Source: Dehalococcoidia bacterium | GTDB lineage: Bacteria > Chloroflexota > Dehalococcoidia > GIF9 > AB-539-J10 | Direction of reading: 5' to 3' | Length of the DNA stretch: 64,000 nt | Assembly (NCBI GenBank): GCA_007129495.1 | Contig: SKVJ01000021.1 | Coordinates: forward strand, 39,806-103,805 | Shown: positions 9,891 through 18,451 of the stretch, piece after piece | Position numbering within the stretch: the first letter of the stretch is position 1 | Layout of the letters: each line of letters opens with the position of its first letter | The notes under the pieces: model-generated | Database searches by the model: none | Told to the model about the DNA's origin: nothing | The model's input: the letters and a program-made list of their open reading frames with translations, nothing else | Translations under genes and position numbers: made by a program

Positions 9891-10073
9891 TGTCTGTTCT
9901 GGCCTTTCCTCTCTCCATACCTTCACCTATGCAGTTGCTCTTTTCCTTTGTGTACGGGGTAATCAGGTCGCAGCTCTTTGTTGAGCAGGCAGGACTACCT
10001 TCATAGCGGAATATCAGTGACCTCTGTTTGACGCGTTGCCTTTTGGCCGCATATAGTCTCGTCTGGTACGGCA

Positions 10074-11831
10074 ATGTCACATTTGGGAGAGTACATGACA
10101 CGTTCGAGAGACCTGGAGTTGCGTTCTTCTGCGGTCACGCTGTCCGACATGGAGGTATTCATATTTCCGAGACTCATGTATAGCCTGCTCCTCGCCAATC
10201 TCATGTCACCGCGCATTTGGCGCTGGCGCGATGATCCTTGGTTCGATGGGATAGAGAGAGCGAAGCCTTACCGCCGTATCAACAGGCTCAAACAGTTCAT
10301 CATGGACCACTACGTGTTCAACCTTGATTTGGATACATGGGGGTTGACCACGAAAGAAAGGGAGATGGAACGCTTCCATGAGTTTATCGACACGGATACC
10401 CTGGCGCAATCTAATGCCCTGTTCGGCTATGAAGGGGACAAGTACTACTTCAGCATAGACATACGCACCCACTTCGGACTGGACAAGTATGAGGGGAGTG
10501 TCATCCCATACTGGAAGACTGAAACGGTGGAGGCGATGGATGCGTTCAAGTTCAAGCCGGCGTACTCCAATGGAGCGGGAGAGTGTGTATCGCTTGCGGC
10601 TCTATATGCTGCGGCACTGTTCATAGTGGCTCGGATTCCGCTTGAGGACATCTTCCTGATGGCGACTCCATTGCATTCCCAGAACTTCATCGACGTTGGC
10701 GAGGGGATTCTTACCAACAACCGTCGCCTTCTGACAAAGTCTATGTGGTACAACGGGACTGCACTTTCTGCTCAGGCACGTCGGGCGCTTGAAAATGAAC
10801 GTGTAACTATCGTAGCCCACGAATCTGGTCACATTCACATCCTGTATGAAGAAGCGACAATAGATCCACAAGCGTATAAACGGTTCTCCGACCGTCTTCA
10901 CGCATATCTGAGGACTCCAATAAGCGAGGAGATACTCGTCAATTTTCTGCGGCATCACCGGGAGACACAGAATTGCTTTCAAGTGCGCTGGCGCATTCAC
11001 GGATCGGATCACTACATCGCGGCCGAGCACGCGTTCTCCTACGAGCATGGCAGCCCGTATCGCTTGAGTGACTCGACCAGGGCGAAGCTGCTGGATGACA
11101 TTGACGAGGAGGAGTATCAGACCGCGCCACTGCCTGGGAGGATGGTGCTCAATGACTTTGAGAGTTTCATCAGGGACCATCGGATTGACTGTAATAAGCC
11201 CGGGGACCTGCAACGTTTGAAGCATGAGCTTGGCCGGGACTGCAATCGTGCCGGCTCGGCCATCGACGCACTCGCTGATTTCTGCACAGTTGAACCCCAT
11301 CTCCCGGAGGCAGGCTCGAAGCGGTTTGTGCGCGAAGGAGAGCCGCTGGCATTGCGGCCGGACATGAATCGGGAGCAACTGATGGATCGCCTGGAGCAAC
11401 TGCGATCCCACCATCCCGTTGTGGAACTCGCCTTCTATTCATACCGCGATCTGAACCGCACTGATCCGTGGCCGTTCCTTCTTGCAGCACTTGAACGTAA
11501 TCCCGTATCAGTGCACGCGACGCGCGATATGTCGGATGCAGAAGTCATCGGCCTTGTTTCCGAGATGCCGGATGAATCGATTTACGATGAAGAAGGCCGG
11601 CTGGCGCAACCCGACGAGGTCTGGAATTTCGGCCGGGGAGATGGCATAGAGAAGGCTGTGCTTCTGGCCAATATTTTTCGCGAGAGACGGCCGGATGGAC
11701 AGTTCGAACTGACAGTTGCGCCTGACCACGCATTCCTCTCGTGTGACGGAGATGTGCTGGAGTTCGCTTCCGCAAAAGGACTAAGGTCGCAGGTCTGGTC
11801 GCTTAATAACTGGCTGGACGAGACGACCTAG
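10074..11831 (+). CDS. large hypothetical protein with a transglutaminase-like Cys/His core
   Basis: 585-aa ORF. An alternative ATG at 10095 sits behind GGGAGAG. NGAGECVSLAALYAAALFIVARIPLEDIFLMATPLHSQNFID fits the G-x-C...A...R-IP...H pattern of transglutaminase-like cysteine peptidases. The rest of the protein is not recognisable. Confidence 0.7.
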   Translation: MSHLGEYMTRSRDLELRSSAVTLSDMEVFIFPRLMYSLLLANLMSPRIWRWRDDPWFDGIERAKPYRRINRLKQFIMDHYVFNLDLDTWGLTTKEREMERFHEFIDTDTLAQSNALFGYEGDKYYFSIDIRTHFGLDKYEGSVIPYWKTETVEAMDAFKFKPAYSNGAGECVSLAALYAAALFIVARIPLEDIFLMATPLHSQNFIDVGEGILTNNRRLLTKSMWYNGTALSAQARRALENERVTIVAHESGHIHILYEEATIDPQAYKRFSDRLHAYLRTPISEEILVNFLRHHRETQNCFQVRWRIHGSDHYIAAEHAFSYEHGSPYRLSDSTRAKLLDDIDEEEYQTAPLPGRMVLNDFESFIRDHRIDCNKPGDLQRLKHELGRDCNRAGSAIDALADFCTVEPHLPEAGSKRFVREGEPLALRPDMNREQLMDRLEQLRSHHPVVELAFYSYRDLNRTDPWPFLLAALERNPVSVHATRDMSDAEVIGLVSEMPDESIYDEEGRLAQPDEVWNFGRGDGIEKAVLLANIFRERRPDGQFELTVAPDHAFLSCDGDVLEFASAKGLRSQVWSLNNWLDETT

Positions 11832-12091
11832 TCATCCGGATCATCGTCAGGACTCGCCGGAGGGCGTCTCCTCTTCGGCCGTACGGTAAGCACCGTGTGG
11901 GCTATCAAAAGCGCGACGAACGGCAGCCACAATGCGAAGTGCATCCTGAAAGCTGTTGCTCGGTCGAGGAGTCCAAAAGTCACAGGCTCTATGATGCGGA
12001 ACTCGGTGATTCCGAGTCCGGACATTACGACAAGTACGGTGACGACCATCAGCGACCAGTGAACTACTGCACGCAACACTCGATTACGCAC
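11828..12091 (-). CDS. small membrane protein (2 TM), hypothetical
   Basis: 87 aa with two hydrophobic helices and a basic/acidic tail (RPKRRRPPASPDDDPDD). Its stop overlaps the convergent gene's stop by 4 nt. Confidence 0.45.
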   Translation of the reverse strand: MRNRVLRAVVHWSLMVVTVLVVMSGLGITEFRIIEPVTFGLLDRATAFRMHFALWLPFVALLIAHTVLTVRPKRRRPPASPDDDPDD

Positions 12092-12181
12092 CTGACCTCA
12101 CGCGAAGAAGGATTCGCCAACATCCACGTACTGCGGTGCCATGATGGAGTTCTCCCGGAAATGGCTTATGGGTGAAAGGTC

Positions 12182-12323
12182 TTATCCCTCGTATTCGAGA
12201 ACCTCAACATCGGGCAGATAGGCGTCGTCTTTCGGGGTACTGGGTGCCGGTGCGCCCGCACCGGCAAGTAACAGTACAGAGAAGACGGTCGCCGACAGGG
12301 CGGTTCCTGCCCCCCTTCTTCAT
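12182..12323 (-). pseudogene. small signal-peptide ORF interrupted by a 1-nt frameshift in a G6 run
   Basis: AGGAAG, 8 nt, then ATG at 12323. Removing one G from the run at 12310-12315 gives MKKGAGTALSATVFSVLLLAGAGAPAPSTPKDDAYLPDVEVLEYEG*. As sequenced, the frame gives an Arg/Cys-rich 39-mer instead. Confidence 0.35.
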
Positions 12324-12409
12324 GGATGGTGCTTCCTATGCTGCAATGCTAGGATGGTACCGCAGGAGTGTCAAACGGGGCACAAACACAGCAGTCTTCA
12401 ATTACTCAG

Positions 12410-12964
12410 TCACCCCGGGATGCCGAATCTCCCTGTTATTGCATCACGGAACAGTCCTGCTTCTGGTGGAGCGTAGGTGAATACAACGAACAGCACTGCC
12501 AGGATCACTATTGCAAACGGTGCGATCAGGTTCAGGACCGGGCTGCGCTCATCACCGGTGAGTAGACGATAGCTCAAGTACTGTCCGCCACACACTGCAA
12601 CGACAAAAGTTGTGATATCGAGGAACAGCACGTTCTCCCCCAGTATGGCGGTGTAACTGTAGAACAGGCCCAACATGAGCAGCAGCATAACGGAAATGCC
12701 TGCAGCCTTTGCAAGGCCGAAGTTGTTGATGCGGTTTCTCATGGGGGAGCGCTCAAGGAGAGTCCAGAGCGCTGCAGGCCAGAATGCCAGCTTGAGGTGT
12801 TCCCATACACTCTCGTTCACCGCTGCGAATGGGGCGACCAGGGGTGACTCGCCCGACCACCCATAGAGGAAGTGCAGGATGTATCCGATTCCGAGAATGA
12901 AAAGAACCCCCACTCCTTCCCATGCGGCCGCTGAACGAGTGTCTGCATCAATTCCAGGTCTCAT
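12410..12964 (-). CDS. multi-pass membrane protein (DUF6512-like)
   Basis: 184 aa with 4-5 TM helices. The NESVWEHLKLAFWP motif is recalled from DUF6512-type proteins. Confidence 0.6.
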   Translation of the reverse strand: MRPGIDADTRSAAAWEGVGVLFILGIGYILHFLYGWSGESPLVAPFAAVNESVWEHLKLAFWPAALWTLLERSPMRNRINNFGLAKAAGISVMLLLMLGLFYSYTAILGENVLFLDITTFVVAVCGGQYLSYRLLTGDERSPVLNLIAPFAIVILAVLFVVFTYAPPEAGLFRDAITGRFGIPG

Positions 12965-13018
12965 GTCTTTCTTCCTTTCGGGCGCGAACGTCAGCTTCAG
13001 CGCACCGCCTTCAAACGG

Positions 13019-13435
13019 TTAGCGTTCGTCACGCAATTGTATCCATCCGGTCCGCACTTCCTCCCGCTTCCCCAGCGTCTCCACGTACGGCTTGATGTCA
13101 AGTACTGGCGTACCGTCCAGTAGGTCAAGGTCGGCCACATGAAGGAAGTTGCCGTCAACCTCCTGAAGCCTCACCACCGTCAAGCTTATTGGATTCGGCC
13201 GCCTCGGTGACCGGGTAGCGAAAACACCATGTGGCACAGTGTCCCAGGGGGGCGTCACTGTTAGAGCGCACTCTCCCGCAAGATGGAGGTGACACAGCAG
13301 TATGATGTGAGAGAACCCTCCGATGTCTTGCAGACCCTCGATATATTCCGGGAAGACCACAATTGTGCTAACGGTACCCTTCGATTCAACACGCCGGGAT
13401 GGCGGATAGTCCTCAGGCGTGAAAGGAGAGCGCAC
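13019..13435 (-). CDS. trmO: tRNA (N6-threonylcarbamoyladenosine(37)-N6)-methyltransferase TrmO (TsaA/YaeB family)
   Basis: 138 aa from GTG 13435. Contains RSPF, GFSHIILLCHLH, GVFATRSPRRPNPI and GTPVLDIKPY. The conserved upstream strand TPIGIV is in frame but lies before any canonical start (see findings). Confidence 0.85.
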   Translation of the reverse strand: MRSPFTPEDYPPSRRVESKGTVSTIVVFPEYIEGLQDIGGFSHIILLCHLHLAGECALTVTPPWDTVPHGVFATRSPRRPNPISLTVVRLQEVDGNFLHVADLDLLDGTPVLDIKPYVETLGKREEVRTGWIQLRDER

Positions 13436-13486
13436 TATTCCGATGGGTGTGTACCGTATTTCGTCTATTGCGATGATGGCTCCCGG

Positions 13487-14320
13487 CTATTTGTTCACGT
13501 ACTCTTTCGGCTCTTTGCCAAGGTGAAGTCGCTTGCGGTAGCCACCGCCAGCCCATGGAGCTCTGTCGCCGGTATGACGCAGGAAAAGTACCCAGGCGGT
13601 CGCGCCGACGGCCACAAATGCAATCAGGATCTCCACAGTAATAATAGAAATGAGATCTGCCTGGAATAGAATGCCTGTGTAGTTCATAAGACTGTGCAGG
13701 CCGGCTGCGATGAGATAGAAGACCCAGCCACGCCCACGCGCGAGACCGAGCCCCACAAGTGCCGAGAAAGCGATGTGTCCGCCGATAGCGAAGAAGCGTT
13801 CCCAGACAGGCAACAGGCCCGCGAAACCTTCTGTGGCTACCAGCGACCACGTCCAACCAGCGGCATACGCTTGATTCAGCGCCCACATTGCCTCGAAAAC
13901 ACCGAATCCCAGACCTGCGACTGCGCCGATTATCAGGCCGACCTTCGGGTCAAGGTATCGCTCGGCACGTTGCCAGACGTACAGAATCGGTACCAGCTTC
14001 GCGGCCTCCTGGACGAACCCGCTGAGCAATATCTGGGGAATTCCCAGGATGTAAAGCCAACGGGTTATTGTGGCAGGGTCGAATGTTCTTGCGAGGAGTG
14101 AACCGGTAAGTGCCTGGAGCGGCATCTGGATGATGACGATGGCCAGTAGCGTGAGTACCGCGGATACGACACCTACCGCCCATAGAAACTTGTAGCCGCG
14201 AAGCGGGGGCAGGTAAAGTGCATACCAGAACAGGCCGAGCAGTATAGCCACGCCCATTGCTGCGAAATTCGGATTTGAGAACCAGTTGATGAAGAAGTTG
14301 AGCGACTGCTCGAATATCAT
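13487..14320 (-). CDS. PrsW/YhfC-like intramembrane metalloprotease (putative)
   Basis: 277 aa, about 7 TM helices. Contains FVQEAAKL (E-x-x-K), GGHIAFSAL and HSLMNY (HxxxN) motifs. Confidence 0.55.
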   Translation of the reverse strand: MIFEQSLNFFINWFSNPNFAAMGVAILLGLFWYALYLPPLRGYKFLWAVGVVSAVLTLLAIVIIQMPLQALTGSLLARTFDPATITRWLYILGIPQILLSGFVQEAAKLVPILYVWQRAERYLDPKVGLIIGAVAGLGFGVFEAMWALNQAYAAGWTWSLVATEGFAGLLPVWERFFAIGGHIAFSALVGLGLARGRGWVFYLIAAGLHSLMNYTGILFQADLISIITVEILIAFVAVGATAWVLFLRHTGDRAPWAGGGYRKRLHLGKEPKEYVNK

Positions 14321-14513
14321 GCGGCTCCTCTCTCACCTATGATTGTATAACGGTACGGAGAAGAAATGGGTTATTTGGGAGACACGATTCTATGATGGAT
14401 TCCATCGGCTTCCGGTCCCGGAAATCTGAATTAGGGAAGCAGATGCTATGCTTCGGCTTCTGCGTACCGTGGAGCACGGACAACAGACGTTCTCGGCAAC
14501 TCTTGACCGGCTG

Positions 14514-15305
14514 CTATACTCCGGCGGTCCGGTTCATCTTGCCGCTGGCGAAGTCCTCGAGGTCAAGTGACACGAAAGAGAAGCCGAGCTCGCGCAGTCG
14601 CGCCGTAATTTCTTCACGCATCCGAACCGCTTTGTCGGGATCGTCAATCTCAATCATGGCATGTTCGTAGGCGAAATGTCTCACCCGCACTTTCGCGAAA
14701 CCGAGTGACTGCAGATACTCCTCAGCGCGGTCCACACGGTCGATTCGCTCAGTGGTCACCGCGAATCCGTGAGGAAAGCGCGACGCAAGACACGCCATGC
14801 TCGGTCGATCCCATCCTGTAAGTCTCAACTCTTTGGAGAGCCCCCGAATATCGTCTTTGCCGATACGGAACTCGATGAATGGATGCCAGATGCCATCTTC
14901 ATTGGCTGCAGATAGTCCCGGGCGATAATCTGACAGATCGGAGTAGTTCAGGCCATCAGCGATTGTGGAAAAGCCATGTGCTTCGGCCCATCTTCGGGCC
15001 GCAGCATCCCGTGCCTTTCTGCAGTGGTAGCAGCGATCGGGAGGATTAGACCTGAAGTGCGCCTGGTCAAGTTCCTGTACGCAGAGTATGTCGTGGGCGA
15101 TGCCGATCTCGGCAGCAAGAGTGCGCGCTGTGCAGGCTTCCTTGCGGGGTACGACTTCGGACTCGATGGTAAGCGCCGCAGTGTTGGATCCGAGCGCATC
15201 ATATGCCAGCCTGGCAAGGAGAGCACTGTCCAGGCCGCCGGAAAACATCACGAGCAGCCTGCTGCGTGCCACTATCGCATCGCGCAAGTCATCTATGCGG
15301 CTCAT
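14514..15305 (-). CDS. larE: ATP-dependent sacrificial sulfur transferase LarE
   Basis: ORF 14514-15401. I moved the start to ATG 15305, which overlaps the larB stop as ATGA. Contains the PP-loop LVMFSGGLDS and CYHCRK. Confidence 0.85.
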   Translation of the reverse strand: MSRIDDLRDAIVARSRLLVMFSGGLDSALLARLAYDALGSNTAALTIESEVVPRKEACTARTLAAEIGIAHDILCVQELDQAHFRSNPPDRCYHCRKARDAAARRWAEAHGFSTIADGLNYSDLSDYRPGLSAANEDGIWHPFIEFRIGKDDIRGLSKELRLTGWDRPSMACLASRFPHGFAVTTERIDRVDRAEEYLQSLGFAKVRVRHFAYEHAMIEIDDPDKAVRMREEITARLRELGFSFVSLDLEDFASGKMNRTAGV

Positions 15306-16072
15306 CCACGCCCCTTGCGGATCGCACGAAGTATGCGGATTGCCGCAGCGGCCGCGCCGACGCTGTTGCCGATATTCACGACTGTGATGCCGGGAGAACA
15401 ACTCTGCAGCATCGTCTTCAGTGCCGCCTCTCCCTGGCCGCCGAATCCATATCCGATGGGGGTAGGCACGGCCACAACCGGCAGGTCGGTGAGTGACGCC
15501 AGTACTGTCGGGAGTGCTCCCTCCATGCCGGCAAAAATGATAAGGACGTTGACATCACGCATCTTCTGCATACTCATGACCGGCCGGTGGATACCAGCCA
15601 CCCCGGCATCAAATGAGGTGACGACGCGTACTCCCAACTCTTCGAGCAGCAGTACGCACTCCTGTGCGAACGGAACGTCGGAAGTCCCTGCCGTGACTAC
15701 GCCCGCCACGCCGAGTTCTTCGGATGGCCTTTCAGATGAACCGATGACCATCACCCTGCCACCGATACGGATACCATGCGTATGAAACGTCTCCTGGAGC
15801 TTTGCCTCAGGCTCCGGACCAAGGCTTGCTATGAAGACTTTGCCTTTCGCTTCCAGCAGCCGTGCAACAATGTCCAGCAGGTCGGCCATTGTCTTTCCCT
15901 CAGCATAGACCACCTCGGGAAATCCGAGGCGCTTCTCTCGCTCCAGATCAAGTAGAAAATGCTCCTGTCCCTTGTAGAACATCTCGAGGATGCGTGCGCC
16001 TGCTTCGGATTCATCGATCTCGCCGCATCTGAAGCAGTGAAGGACATCGTCGAACAGCCTGCGTTCTGCCAT
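15302..16072 (-). CDS. larB: nickel pincer cofactor biosynthesis protein LarB (NaAD carboxylase/hydrolase)
   Basis: 256 aa with an AIR-carboxylase-like C-terminal half (VVTAGTSDVPFAQE, IIFAGMEGALP, VAVPTPIGYGFG). Confidence 0.88.
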   Translation of the reverse strand: MAERRLFDDVLHCFRCGEIDESEAGARILEMFYKGQEHFLLDLEREKRLGFPEVVYAEGKTMADLLDIVARLLEAKGKVFIASLGPEPEAKLQETFHTHGIRIGGRVMVIGSSERPSEELGVAGVVTAGTSDVPFAQECVLLLEELGVRVVTSFDAGVAGIHRPVMSMQKMRDVNVLIIFAGMEGALPTVLASLTDLPVVAVPTPIGYGFGGQGEAALKTMLQSCSPGITVVNIGNSVGAAAAAIRILRAIRKGRG

Positions 16073-17475
16073 TATCTGTTCTCCTGAGGCATCTCGGAGT
16101 GCGTTCGAGCCGCCTCCAGGGCCACCGTGTAGACCTCCTTAAGAGGAACGCCGGACTGCGCGCTGAGTTGACGGCATGACTCGTATTCCGGAGAGATAGT
16201 CACAGTCTCGCCCCTGTAAGTGCCCACTTTGATGCGTGCCGGGCCGAACCTCGTTTCCACATCCACGAATCGGCGTTCGGCCTCATAGCGTTCGGGGTAT
16301 GTTGCCCGAACCCCAAGAGTCGTACTCTCCTTCATCAGGGTCTGCACGAGGACATCTTTGAAGTGCAGTTCCCCGAGCACGGAAACCCTCGTGCCCGGCC
16401 TGTTCTTCTTCATCTGGATGGAGGTGAAGAACACATCCAGTGCACCGTTCTGATAGAGCACATCCAGCAGATTCCCGAACAGCTCCGGGTTCATGTCATC
16501 AATGTTACTTTCGAGCAGAACGAGCCGCCTTGGGGCCTCGGCTGAAGCGGAGTACCCGAGGAATCCCCGTAGCACGTTTGGTACGATTGTGTTCCTTCTA
16601 CCCGCACCATAACCCACCCGCTCAACAGTCATGCTGATAGGGGCGAAGTCATCCACCAGGTGACTCAGTATGAGTGCACCCGTCGGGGTTACCAGTTCCT
16701 TGCGCGTCTCGGTGAAAGAGTTCATATGTATGGGTATGCCTTTGAGCAACTCCGCCGTCGCAGGAGCGGGCACAGGATAGGTACCATGTGCCATCTTTGC
16801 GAAACCTGTTCCGGTGTTCACCAGTCCGCAGGTGACATGCTGAACCCCCAGGAGCTCCAGCCCCTTGACTGCGCCTACGATTTCTACGACAGCGTCGATG
16901 GCCCCCGCCTCATGCAGATGCACCGAATCCACGGTGGTGCCGTGTACTTGCGCTTCCGCCTCGATGAGCGCCAGGAACATGTCCTTTGCCTTTGATCTCG
17001 TGGGTTCGCTGGCACGGTCAAGGATAGCCAGTATCTCGTCGAGGGCCATGCCGTGGCCATGTAATTGGGACTCCTCGTCGTCCTCTTCTGAAGAAGCGTC
17101 GTCTACCTCAGGATGCTCATGGTCATGCGAATGACCATGCTGATGTACGTGACCGGGGTCGTGGCCCTCGTCACAACTACAGTTGTCACAGCAACAATCG
17201 TCGTAGTGTACGTGTTCATCCTCATCAGAATCCGGTCCCGAGGGCAGAGTTATCTTTGTGCTGATGGCGGCTATGCCGTTCTTGGTAACCTGGCTGACTG
17301 CGAGGTCGAAGCGGACGCCCAGGCGCTCAAGTTCCGCCACCAGCGCTTCGTCATCGAGGCCAAGGTCGAGCAGGAGACCGAGGAACATGTCTCCAGCGAT
17401 ACCTGAGAACGGGTCGAGATATAGTACGCGGCCGTGTGTGCACTCCACTGGGTGCCTCCTTATGTCTGCCGTCAC
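16072..17475 (-). CDS. larC: nickel insertion protein LarC
   Basis: 467 aa. Contains LYLDPFSGIAGDMFLGLLLDLG and a His/Asp/Cys-rich metal-binding stretch. The C-terminal domain is followed by the 1-nt TAATG junction with larB. Confidence 0.88.
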   Translation of the reverse strand: MTADIRRHPVECTHGRVLYLDPFSGIAGDMFLGLLLDLGLDDEALVAELERLGVRFDLAVSQVTKNGIAAISTKITLPSGPDSDEDEHVHYDDCCCDNCSCDEGHDPGHVHQHGHSHDHEHPEVDDASSEEDDEESQLHGHGMALDEILAILDRASEPTRSKAKDMFLALIEAEAQVHGTTVDSVHLHEAGAIDAVVEIVGAVKGLELLGVQHVTCGLVNTGTGFAKMAHGTYPVPAPATAELLKGIPIHMNSFTETRKELVTPTGALILSHLVDDFAPISMTVERVGYGAGRRNTIVPNVLRGFLGYSASAEAPRRLVLLESNIDDMNPELFGNLLDVLYQNGALDVFFTSIQMKKNRPGTRVSVLGELHFKDVLVQTLMKESTTLGVRATYPERYEAERRFVDVETRFGPARIKVGTYRGETVTISPEYESCRQLSAQSGVPLKEVYTVALEAARTHSEMPQENR

Positions 17476-17577
17476 TCCGGCTCATCTGCGAGCGCGTGTT
17501 GTGTCGGCTCATTGTAGTAAACAGCCCCGATGGTGTCCACAAGGTGCCCTTGAGGTACAATTGCGCTCGGCACGGAG

Positions 17578-18360
17578 GTGGTTCGAATCATGAGTGCAGC
17601 GGAAGACCGGATCAGCGAGATTATGAGCGAAATATACGGGTCGCTGCCCCGGCAGGGGCCCGGCAGTGCCGCCTCGACCCGGCGGGCATTCTCTATGCTT
17701 GGCGCATTGCCAGAACGGCCCCTTGTGCTCGACATCGGCTGCGGCACTGGTGCGCAGACGCTTGAACTGGCGAAATTGACCAATGGTCACATCACTGCTC
17801 TGGACGTGTTCGACTGGGCGCTTGACGGGGTTTCAAGGAAAGCGTCGGCTGAGGGAATGTATGAACGTATACACACCACGAAACAATCGATGACGGAGAT
17901 GGGATTCCAGGGCAAAACGTTCGACCTGGTATGGTCGGAAGGTGCGCTCTACATAATGGGCTTCGAAAACGCGCTCAACTCCTGTCGATTTCTACTCAAA
18001 CCGGGCGGATTTCTTGCCGCGAGCGAATTGTGTTGGTTCAGGGATGATCCTCCGGATGAAGCACGGGCGTTCTTTCGGATGTGCTACCCGGAAATGAAGA
18101 CGGTGACAGATAACGTGCAGCTCATCAACAGCTCTGGCTATCTACTGCTGGGTCACTTCGATCTGCCGGACCGTGACTGGTGGGACGATTACTACACCCC
18201 AATGAGCAAGTTGCTGCCTGCGCTGCGGGAGAAGTATTCGACCTTGCCGGAGGCGCTGGCCGTGCTGGATGAGAACGAGGAAGAGATGGAGATTCACAGG
18301 AAGTACTCGGAGTGGTACGGCTACGAGTTCTTCATAAGCCGCAGGCCGCCCGACTGGTAA
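17578..18360 (+). CDS. class I SAM-dependent methyltransferase
   Basis: 260 aa. Motif I is VLDIGCGTGAQTLELA. Confidence 0.85.
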   Translation: MVRIMSAAEDRISEIMSEIYGSLPRQGPGSAASTRRAFSMLGALPERPLVLDIGCGTGAQTLELAKLTNGHITALDVFDWALDGVSRKASAEGMYERIHTTKQSMTEMGFQGKTFDLVWSEGALYIMGFENALNSCRFLLKPGGFLAASELCWFRDDPPDEARAFFRMCYPEMKTVTDNVQLINSSGYLLLGHFDLPDRDWWDDYYTPMSKLLPALREKYSTLPEALAVLDENEEEMEIHRKYSEWYGYEFFISRRPPDW

Positions 18361-18451
18361 TTCGTTAATGCAGCCACCCCTGCATTCCTGGTGCAGTAAT
18401 GGACTGCCAAGTGTTCACTGGGCTGGCACGACGCTTCCGGAGCCGGAAGCT

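Noticed and set aside
9729-10101. ORFs 9702-9962 (+) and 9724-10101 (-) in the long leader
   Set aside because: Neither has a credible start context or protein-like composition. The region is better explained as a non-coding leader.
10602-11414. 270-aa minus-strand ORF inside the 585-aa gene
   Set aside because: It is an antisense shadow ORF in GC-rich coding sequence, with no recognisable family.
14976-15785. 269-aa plus-strand ORF across larE/larB
   Set aside because: It is antisense to two strongly supported lar genes, and its composition (Ser/Ala/Arg/Pro runs) is typical of shadow frames.
17576-17589. T-loop-like GGTGGTTCGAATC string suggesting a tRNA
   Set aside because: The flanks do not form T-stem or acceptor-stem pairings, and the string overlaps the start of the methyltransferase CDS. 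I found no tRNA, rRNA or CRISPR-like repeat array elsewhere by eye.
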